Position numbers and translations under genes: made by a program. The notes under the pieces are model-generated. The model was not told the origin of the DNA and made no database searches. It saw only the letters and a list, made by a program, of their open reading frames with translations. Below, one piece after another: positions 54,560 to 64,000 of a DNA stretch of 64,000 bases (the first letter of the stretch is position 1; the number at the start of each line of letters is the position of its first letter). Origin of the DNA: Eledone cirrhosa (taxonomy: Eukaryota); contig CAXHJY010000830.1 in assembly GCA_964016885.1 (NCBI GenBank), forward strand, positions 124,001 through 188,000, written 5' to 3'.

Positions 54560-54800
54560 TTATAATATATATATATATATATAATTAAGTTAAAGTGTAC
54601 ATCTACATATGTATACGGAAGTATTAGTATGCATATAAATACACACATGTATACATATGTACATGTACTCAGCTTTTCACTAGACACTTTACAGTGAGTG
54701 TCAGCTAGTCTGTATGTAACCACACAGGCGGACCGGGTTTTAGAGTCATACGAGTTTTCAAGGAAACACATTTCCTCTATTCTCCAGAGGGCCAGACAGG

Positions 54801-54845
54801 AATATTGGACTAGTTTCGATGTTATTACATCTCATCAGCAATATT
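54801..54845 (-). ncRNA. Type I minimal hammerhead ribozyme, canonical core
   Basis: Minus strand reads AAUAUUG-CUGAUGA-GAUGU(aaua)ACAUC-GAAAC-UA-GUC^-CAAUAUU: 7-bp stem I, 5-bp stem II, palindromic ACUAGU stem III. Predicted cleavage between 54808 and 54807. Confidence 0.9.
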
Positions 54846-55269
54846 TACCCATCTTCCGGCTTCTCTGGAGAATTGTAAAAGCACATATCGTTATATGCTT
54901 TTTCTATGAAAGTTAGTAGTGGGTAGACTAATTTGCATAGAACGTGAGTCATTGTACGCACCGGTTCCGCGGAAACGATAAAAACAAATAACGAAACGAA
55001 ATTAAATTTCGTTTCGCTTCTAACTCACTTTTGTATGACTGACGCTTAAACAATTAAGTTAAAGTGTACATCTACATATGTATACGGAAGTATTAGTATG
55101 CATATAAATACACACATGTATACATATGTACATGTACTCAGCTTTTCACTAGACACTTTACAGTGAGTGTCAGCTAGTCTGTATGTAACCAAACAGGCGG
55201 ACCGGGTTTTAGAGTCATACGAGTTTTCAAGGAAACACATTTCCTCTATTCTCCAGAGGGCCAGACAGG

Positions 55270-55314
55270 AATATTGGACTAGTTGCGATGTTATTACATC
55301 TCATCAGCAATATT
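55270..55314 (-). ncRNA. Type I minimal hammerhead ribozyme, second copy with GAAA>GCAA core substitution
   Basis: Identical to 54801-54845 except for G at plus-strand 55285 (A13C in hammerhead numbering). Confidence 0.8.
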
Positions 55315-57147
55315 TACCCATCTTCCGGCTTCTCTGGAGAATTGTAAATATATATATATATATAAGGGATACATATATTGCTTTCTCAGTCACCAAGCTT
55401 CTCAATTCATTCCTTGCTACTAAGTATTTTATTTTGCTATGAGGTATATTATTTTGCAAGGTATTAATTTGCCCCTGAGTTTGTGATTTCAGAGAAAGGT
55501 AAGAAATTCTTCATATTTTGCATCATTTGTATTTTGATTTTACAGTTTGAATTGTAGAATTGTCTATCCACTCAAAATATTACAACAGCTAACAGTGAAA
55601 TATAGAATTTAAAAAAAAAGAAGCTTTTTTGACTGAGATCAAATCCTTTTTTTTTTCTTATTTCAAAAATATATAATTTGAAATAGCTTGCTTTTGTTTT
55701 GGACTGAAACTTTTTTGTATTTAATTTGTACGAGTATTTTTTAAAGATTCTAAGATAACTTGATTTGGCCCAGTAATCTACTGATATCAAAATCAATAGT
55801 ATATTGGAAAATGGAAAAATATAGGGGGGGGGGGGCGTTTCGTGATTCAGAGGGGCAAAATAGGTGTTTGGTGTTTGGCCAAAATGGGTTGCGAACCTTT
55901 GACCTAATTGATGCTCACCGGACCATAGTGGGATGAAAGCAGATTTTAGCTTTCTACTTATCTTACATCCTCACTCTTCTTACTGTCTCCCCAACCCAGT
56001 CAAGGACACAAGAGACACTCTAGTTTTGTAATGGGGTAAGAAGTTATTTGCTCCTCAAAATAGTAGTGTGAGATTTCAGGGAAAATGTTGCTGATATTTT
56101 TAACAAAACAAGTGACCAGATAGAGGCTCACATGTTGGCATGACATATGGATTAGAGTTGTCAATGAAGTGAAAATGGTGTTCAAAGACACTTTTTTTTT
56201 TACAAGCTTACCTCTTAGTCTACTACAGTACCACTGAATCAAAATATATATGAAGATAAACCATCTCATTGATTATTTCGAGGGAATATTTTAATATTTA
56301 CCATATTATAAGAATATTAGAATCTCCAACATATTATGTTTATTGTATTCTTGTTGTCAACAAAATATAATTTGAATTTTCGACCTCACTTTCATTTTTA
56401 AGCAATTGAATTTAAATATTCACTGTTGTTACAGAATACACATGAAAAGAACACAGTATTGTTAGTATACACAATTGCTGTCTTCAAAATATTGTATAAT
56501 AAGCAAAAACATTAAAGGTTAAAAGAAAATTATCATATAAATCACTATTGTGAATTATTGACACTTTTCTCATTTATATTCTTGATATTTTACTACATTA
56601 CTACATTTTCTCTCATAACTTTCCAAATTATTTTCTTAAGATATATATATATATATAAAACGGACATATATGCATATATGTGTCTGTATATATATATTCT
56701 CTCTTAAACTTATACATACATATTCTCACAGCTTCGTACATACAAACAATAAACACACACACACACACACACATCTACTCTAAATACGAAAAAGATGTTT
56801 TCATTTTCAGCATGATATAAGTCACTTTTGATCACAGCCTTTCAAAAGATGGCCAACTGAACTTCCTTCCCCATAAATGCTTCTATCAACAGTTTTCCAA
56901 GGGATGGAGAAATGAACAGACGTGCTTTTTCTCAAATAAATTTTTTGTTTGTTTCTGCCCATGCTCACTTTCCTCTATCTTTCTATTTCTTTTTTAATTT
57001 CTCATTCTATTTTTTTTTATGATGGACTAAAATCAAAAACGTTTAGACGGACTTTTCCTAATATATCAAGCTGGAAACTAGTATAAATCTTCACTAACCT
57101 GCATCGCCTGTTGTTTTTTTCATTTACTTTTCACACACACATGTTTA

Positions 57148-58068
57148 TCTATATATATAAAACTGAGGATGTCTGTCTGTGTGTGTGTAAGTTTGAATCC
57201 CTAAAACTCGAGAACCACCCAACCGACTGTTTTCAAACTTTACACATGTAATATTTATGTTTCAGGGAGTGTTCTGAGCAAAATAAATTTCAAATTTTCA
57301 ATGCCCTAGGGACCACATTAGGCGATTTAGCGATCTCGCTCTATAATTCTTAGTCTTTCTCTTTTTAGATAGATACATACATATAACGTTGCACCCTTAT
57401 AATATCTGTCTATATGTCTGGCTGTCTGCATTACGTCACTTCCCTGAGAATGTCTGTGTGTGTGTGTGTCTGTGAGTTTGTGAGTTTGAATCCCTAAAAC
57501 TTGAGTACCCAACCGATTTTTTTCAAACTTTACATGTGTATTACTTATGTTTCAGGGAGTGTTATGCACATAAAAAAATTCAACTTTTTTTATCTCATTA
57601 GGTGAAAAACTGCATTTTTAAAGATTTTTAGGGGTTTTTTTGAGGCGTTACGTCAGACCGATTTCCTTGAAATTATAACTATGTATTAGTCAGTCTCTTC
57701 TTCATACCGTAAGCAAAGAAAATCCAACTTTCTTATGGCCTAGGGCCTGCATTAGGTGAAAAACTTCATTTTTTCAGCTTCTTAGGGCTTTTTGGAGGCG
57801 TTAGGTCTAGCCGATTTTCCCAAAATTTAAAGGCATATTATGCACATAAAAAAAATTCCTTTTCTTGATCCCGTAGGATCCGCATTAGGTGAAAACTTGC
57901 ATTTTTCCTGCTTCATCGAGGAAAATATTAAAGATTATCCAGCCATCAGAGTATTCGGTTTATTTTCTTTACATATTGTCCAGGCATGCAGTTTTTCCAC
58001 GATTAGGTCTGTTGGTGGCCCGCGTTCCAAAATACCTTATCTCGTGCAACACCGGGTACCACTGCTAG
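57148..58068 (+). mobile_element. Non-autonomous Helitron
   Basis: 5' A|TCTATATATATAAAA, (GT)n/(GTCT)n near the 5' end, 3' imperfect hairpin ctcgtgcaacaccggg followed by CTAG|T, no TSD; internal duplication about 57170-57298 / 57451-57585. Confidence 0.85.
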
Positions 58069-59419
58069 TATATAATATAATATATGAAATAAATGTTATG
58101 GTAAATATTACATAATTGTAATTTTGGTTAATAGGTATTTTGTAAAGCCAGTGTGGAACATCTGATCACTAAACAGCAACCAGCACTGGTGTCACATCAG
58201 ATGCAAAGACAATTATATGAAGGAGTTGATATCTTGCAGAGAAATGTTTCCATACTTATATATTTTAACCATGTAATATTTTTTTATCCTAAACGCTTCT
58301 TCAAAAATAATATTGATGGTTCATAACACAGCAACATATTCATAGTCAAGACATTTTCTTGTAGCTTAATCAACTTAGCTACATATAGGTGATATAGGTA
58401 AGATTAGCTTACAAATATATAAATCATGAAGTGTATTTTGAAAGGCAGCATTGTGGTTTATTAACTCTTTGAACCCACCATCCAGCTATTCTGGAATATA
58501 CGATGATTGACTATGTCCTGCCATTCTGCTACACACTTCTGTTTACTACAGCAATTTACACCACTTTCTGCAATAATCAGCAATCATTTAAAATTGTTTC
58601 TTAAGCCTGAAATCTTTGGTAAGGCATCGATTTTTATCAAGTTCATGTGTTTTTTGAAAAGGTTTAATTAACAATAATCCTCCTTTTTTTTTCGAAAGTG
58701 ATTTTTGTGTTAATACCTAAGACTGGGAACCACATAAGCACCAGGGAAGGTGGAGTGGGGGTGAGGGTCAAGCTTAGGGTTTATAGACTTAATCATACCT
58801 GATTAGTACAAGACATCTGATGGCTATAGAGAAAACAATAGTAAACCCCGCTTCTGTATAATTCTGAAAATACTGTAGATAGAAAAGAAATCTGTAAGCT
58901 CAGTAAAAGTCACCATAGACTAAATAGTAGGCTTTAAAAGATGAAAATGCTTACAGCAAATGTTTATTAACTTACCATTTTACTCTAATATCTCCTCCAT
59001 AGTGTGTAATAGATTTAATTTTATCATCTCCTAATTATGCCCATCAACTAAGTCTACATTTCATTTTAAATATCTGTCTACAATTATTTTCTCCAACACA
59101 AAGCTATTATTAAAGAAAGAAATCTTTCTTTCTATTATATGTTATTATAAATTTTAATAAAAATTAATAAGAAATATGACTTCTCATGCAAAACATATTT
59201 TGAATGTTTTAGACAGGCTTGGTTAGTTCATGTGTCTATGTGTCTGAATGAGACTGCAGCAGTGTTTGATGTGTCTTCTGTTTTGTATGTGTGTGTGTGT
59301 GTAAAAGTGTGCCACTCTGCAGAGAAATACAAAAATGAAACAAGCAAACAGGACTTGGTCATCTGTCCAACCCATGCCAGTATGGAAAAACAGACATAAA
59401 AAGTGATGATGATGATGTT

Positions 59420-59605
59420 TAAATAATTGTTTCTACTATTGGCACAAGGACAGCAACTACTGCAGTGCATTACTGGTACTTTATTTTATTGACCCCGTAA
59501 GGATTAAAAACCAAGTAAACCTAGGCAGGATTTGAACTCAGACAAAGGGCCATAACTTTATGCTGCAAAGCATGGTGTCTGACGCTCTACCGATACTGCC
59601 AATAC
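59420..59605 (-). mobile_element. SINE family A
   Basis: Homologous to 7635-7830 (ggcacaagg...tactggtactttattttattgaccccgtaagg...ggatttgaactcagac...ctgccaat). Confidence 0.8.
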
Positions 59606-60009
59606 ACACACGATAGCTCATGGAAACATTGTCATCATTATTAATGTTATGTCCATTTTCCATCATTATTAATTTTATGTCCATTTTTCCACCTTTATAA
59701 GGTAGATTTATTTTCTATGAATGGATGCCTTACTTGACACGAATATCTATTATCATTTTAAAGTATGATATATACCATACATCTTCATTGAACTGGTTAC
59801 TATAGGACATAAACAAATGACACTGCTTGCTTTACATAATGTCAATATGAAGACAGAGACAGATGTGCATGCATGTGCACACATGTATTTTTATATATAT
59901 ATATCTACTAACATAAAATGCTCTTGTGTTTTTGTACGTCACGCAAAGGGAGGTAATTCATCTATGTTTCAGTAAATGAATAAATATAGATACATACATA
60001 AATATACAA

Positions 60010-60110
60010 AATAATTATTTCTACTTTTGGCACAAGGCCAGCAATTATTCCAGTGTATTACTGGTACTTTATTTTATCGACCCCGTAAGGATGAAAGGCA
60101 AAGTTAACCT
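60010..60110 (-). mobile_element. 5'-truncated SINE family A with probable TSD
   Basis: SINE 3' half flanked by tacaaaataat on both sides (60005-60015 and 60110-60120). Confidence 0.75.
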
Positions 60111-60529
60111 ACAAAATAATGATTACATACACACACATCTATGTGATGAGTGTGGGAGGAAAGGGGCCGTGACGAACTATAGAAAACATAGAACAGTGTT
60201 TGCTACACCTGTGGTACTCATACATACAAATGTATACATATGCACACATACCCCCCCACACACACACAAACACACACATAAATACACACACATGTGCATG
60301 CAATAATTATTTTTAACTAGCGTTCTTAGATTGGATACACTTTTGTGAGTGTATGTGTGTGAGTGTTTGTGTGTATGTGTTTTCCAAGGAGCCAAGTCCC
60401 TAGGAATATTGAAATAAATTTGAATTATCAAGAATATAAAACGACCGCAGATGAAAGGTATATACAAATACACATCTACCCTTTAGGCATCATTTTTGAC
60501 AGCACGAGGCCAGCTAGTATATATATAAT

Positions 60530-60685
60530 GAGCTTCCTCACAGTTTCTGTCTACCAATGTAATTAACCAGGCATTGGTTATTTGGGGTTATAAGAGAAGG
60601 CAATTCTCAAAGGTGCTGCACCATTGCATCAAAACTAAAACAACATGGCTACAAAGTGATCTTCATCATACAGTCATGCCAGTGC
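60530..60685 (-). mobile_element. SINE family C fragment
   Basis: gagcttcctcacagtttctgtctaccaa...ggcattggt...aggtgctgca...catacagtcatgcc. Confidence 0.55.
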
Positions 60686-61659
60686 CTCAATGCAAATGGG
60701 AATATTTTCTCATTGAACATTCTTCCTAAAACCAATGACTCAATTCTGATGATAAAGCAATTGGTAGATATTTCGGGCACTTTAAAGTTAGAAAACTTAT
60801 GTCACTACGATGCCAGTGACCATACCCCAACATGGTTTTGAGGGTCATTTAGCAAGGACTTAATATTTAATCTATCACCGAGAAATTTCTGGGTATTCAT
60901 TTATATACCCCCTCCCCAGCTCAGGTTTTAAACTTTTTTATGTATTCTACTGAATGACACACTGAAAATTTTATGAAAAAGAATAAAACACTCCAAAATA
61001 GAAATGAAATTTCACAAACATAGCATACAAAGATCATGATTCCTAACATAGGCACAAGGTACACGGGGGGCAGGGAGTATAAGGCTATTAAACCATCTCC
61101 AAATCTTACCTGGTACTTATTTTATCAAGGAGAATAAAAATTGGAAATAATACCAATTTATCATTACCATACTGAAGGGCAAGAATGAATGCATAAGGAA
61201 GTATAACTAAAAATTATACTTGCCACCACAATCAGATTTTAACAGATCAAGGACACATTCAGAGAAAAGTATGCCTGACAATCTTTACTTTCTGACAAAA
61301 TGCAATTCTCTAGCTATATTATGCTATGCTAACATACGTCAGTAAGAGAGTAGAGTTTCTACTGTGGTTCAGGTAATAAGCATCAGCAGTTGTTGTCAGT
61401 TTCTCGAGTAATAAATAGAACTAACGCAAACCAGGAGAAAATGCTCTTTATGCAAAATAAGCTGCCAGACAAAAGAAAGAAACTCTAGAATTATAGGTAA
61501 GTCTGCACAACATACTCTACTATAAGTTGTCAATAACAATTTGAAAAACAATCTGAAAATTATAATCCTTATTATAGATTTTATTTATTGCTTCTTTGAA
61601 GCAAAAATGTATGCGTGTATGTATGTGTGAAAACATATGTATGTGTACATATGTGTATT

Positions 61660-61716
<57 letters not shown>

Positions 61717-62127
61717 ACATCTATATGTACATGTGCATTTAGGTGTACATGCATAAGAATACATGTGTGTGTATGTATGTATGCACATGTGTGTACATAC
61801 ATAATGCCCACATAAATGCACACAATACACAGAACATTATCTACTACAGTGTATTATATAATACTGGAAACTGTTTTTACCAAATGTATGAAAAGCACAG
61901 TCATTTCCATAATATATTCATATGGAGAATATAATAGAATGTATAAGAAATCAAAACTGACACATAAAACTGTTATCGTCAGTGATGAATCAATATCTAA
62001 TTTTCACTTACATACATTCAGACTTATAAAATAGAAAATTAACAAAGTTAAGTTGACATTTTTTGAATTAATGACCTCGTTTGTCTCCTCATTTTCAGTG
62101 AAAATGGATTTTAAATGCACCAACACC

Positions 62128-62565
62128 ACCATCATTACTGTTTAACATCTATTTTCTATGCTTGCATGAATTAGCCAGGCTGTCATGTTATGATGCTAGA
62201 CAGTTCAAGTGACCCAATTTTCTTGATATGATCCCCTTCTGGTTTGGTTTTCAACAATTGGATGTCCTTCCTAATACCAACCACTTTACAGCACTTACTG
62301 GGAACTTTTTCTGGTACCAGTATAACCACCTGACAGTGTGGAATGTATGCTTTTTGTTGTGGCACCAGAATGAACAGCTTACAAGGTGGACTAGGTGCTG
62401 TTTTGTTGTGACATCAGACATCAGAATGACCATCTTGCAGGGTGGACTGGATATTTTTTGTTGTGGTACCAGCATAGCCACCTTACAGGGTGGACTGGAT
62501 GCTTTTTGTTGTGGCACCAGCATAACCATTTTCCAGAGTGAACTAGAGGTATTTTGTTGTGACAC
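62128..62565 (-). mobile_element. RTE-3'UTR-like retroposon with an expanded ~42-bp internal tandem array
   Basis: ggatgtccttcctaataccaaccactttacag followed by about six diverged units cca.cttacagggtggactggatgctttttgttgtggcaccagcata. Confidence 0.7.
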
Positions 62566-63776
62566 TAAACATAAAACAAGGATTACCATATGATTAGGAA
62601 GTTTGCTTTGAAATACTGAGTCCCAAGTAAGATCCCTCTGTACAGCATCTTAGGCAAGTATTATTTACTAAAACCTTGGATACTCCCATGTTTTATAGAA
62701 GAAATTGTGTAGATAGAAATTGAATGAAGCCTGTTGGATGGATTGAATGAAACCTGTTGTCACACTATGTTAAACAGATTCCACTTGAGAATTATACTAC
62801 ACATGTCTGTGGCATACTCAGAAACTTCACATCAATACAATGTGTAGGTCATTTAATCAATCAAACAACTGAACACTCATTATTCTCGATAGCAGAATCC
62901 ATAAAATAAAATCATAAAAAGACCTAATACTTTATGAAAACTACTTAAATAAACAAGAATATTCGCAAAAGCATAAGGAAAAGGAATAATATAATCATTT
63001 GGGGGGAGTAAGTCAGATATTTTATTTTTAATATTAGATTTCTGAAGCAACCCTTTTTACTGTATTTTATTTTCATTTGCAAGTCATCATAATATAAGTA
63101 AAAACATTTCTCTACAGTTAAAATTATTACCCAATCTGTCCTGATGAAAAAAAATCATGCATGTATATATAGCATGGGACTATATGAGGGCTTTGAAAAA
63201 GTAATTGCAATGAATATTCTAACTGAATTGCTGATGGGGATAAATGCAGGATAAACATGAACCGAAAAGGAGTGTTGCTGATTGAATAAATAATGAGCAG
63301 AGTTTGTTGTGAGAGATAGAGCCTAGCAATAAAATAGACAGGCGGCATTAGTAGGTTCATGGAGAGAGATCTTCTAAATAGAACAATAACAAAGAGAAAT
63401 AAACAATAACGAGTTTGGCACGTGGTGAAAAAAATGCTAGGGTAAGCATATGGAATATTGTGTATTTGAAGGACAGAAGCTTCAAACAGTGATATATCTC
63501 TTGCAAAAAAAAACCCCAAAAAACTAACAGATTTGTAAAAAATTTACACCAGTTTATGCCATTTATTATATTGTTTAAAAATGTTATTGTCATTAGGTAA
63601 GCCCTATGATAATGAATCTAGTAAACTATGAAATTCGGAAATAGAAGAAAATAAAGTTAGAAATCTTCATCAATTTACATCAGTTAAGCATGCAGGTACA
63701 AGTGTGGAGAGGTCATCATGGTTCAAGACCTAAGCAGTTCAGAAAATCCTGTCATGCTCATAGATTCCATTACATA

Positions 63777-64000
63777 TCTATCTATATATTACTAAAATTC
63801 TGTGATTGCTTGCGTGCTTGTCCGCAATGTAATACACCCAAAAGGGTGCACAATGGGAAAATACTTTGAAAGGAAGTTGCCTCTGAAATGGAATACAAAT
63901 GTAATAAAACAAGTTTTGAGTAAATCGAAGCACGGGTTCCTGAGATATGGTGTTTTCTGGGTACCTTCATAAACGGATAGAAAGAGAAAGTGGTTGTGAG
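63777..64000 (+). mobile_element. Possible Helitron 5' end, running off the window
   Basis: A|TCTATCTATATATTACTAAAA followed by tgcttgcgtgcttgtccgc, similar in layout to the start at 57148; no 3' end visible. Confidence 0.4.

Larger units (their letters stand above)
54583..55348 (-). mobile_element. Retrozyme / Penelope-pLTR-like non-autonomous element: two 297-bp direct repeats, each with a hammerhead ribozyme
   Basis: Repeats at 54583-54879 and 55052-55348 (period 469; two substitutions seen), a 172-bp spacer, and (TA)n flanks. Confidence 0.85.
53691..55901. mobile_element. Non-autonomous hAT-superfamily DNA transposon (2211 bp)
   Basis: TIRs CAAAGGTTCTCAA (53691) and TTGCGAACCTTTG (ends 55901) match at 12 of 13 bases. 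Perfect 8-bp TSD ACCTAATT at 53683-53690 and 55902-55909. Confidence 0.85.

Noticed and set aside
54698-55442. Duplicated small ORFs (MSASLYVT..., MCFLENSY...) in the direct repeats
   Set aside because: They have non-ATG starts, run out into unrelated flanks and show no motifs; the duplication is explained by the ribozyme element.
62270-62565. CRISPR-like regular repeats
   Set aside because: The units are contiguous and diverged with no unique spacers, there are no cas genes, and the context is a eukaryotic retroposon.
63127-63519. 130-aa hydrophobic minus-strand ORF
   Set aside because: No recognisable domain, non-ATG start and weak splice signals; the hydrophobicity is expected from T-rich sequence.

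Overview
AT-rich, microsatellite-dense eukaryotic non-coding DNA. The repeat repertoire suggests a cephalopod such as Octopus (inference). I found no recognisable host protein-coding gene; most listed ORFs are (TA)n/(CA)n artefacts or antisense frames of retroelements. The window holds two near-full-length, disabled RTE-clade LINEs placed head-to-head (19315-22857 minus, about 25774-29253 plus). It also holds many RTE 3' fragments, three tRNA-type SINE families, mariner/Tc2-like MITEs, a non-autonomous Helitron (57148-58068) and a hAT element with a perfect 8-bp target duplication (53691-55901). The main finding lies inside that hAT element: a 766-bp non-coding unit (54583-55348) of two 297-bp direct repeats, each carrying a minus-strand type I minimal hammerhead ribozyme (one canonical, one with a core substitution). 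This is a retrozyme- or Penelope-pLTR-like element that predicts a 469-nt self-cleaved, possibly circular RNA. Five further inverted-repeat elements next to (TA)n tracts carry outward-pointing, degenerate hammerhead-like motifs, suggesting a family of ribozyme-bearing elements that target (TA)n.
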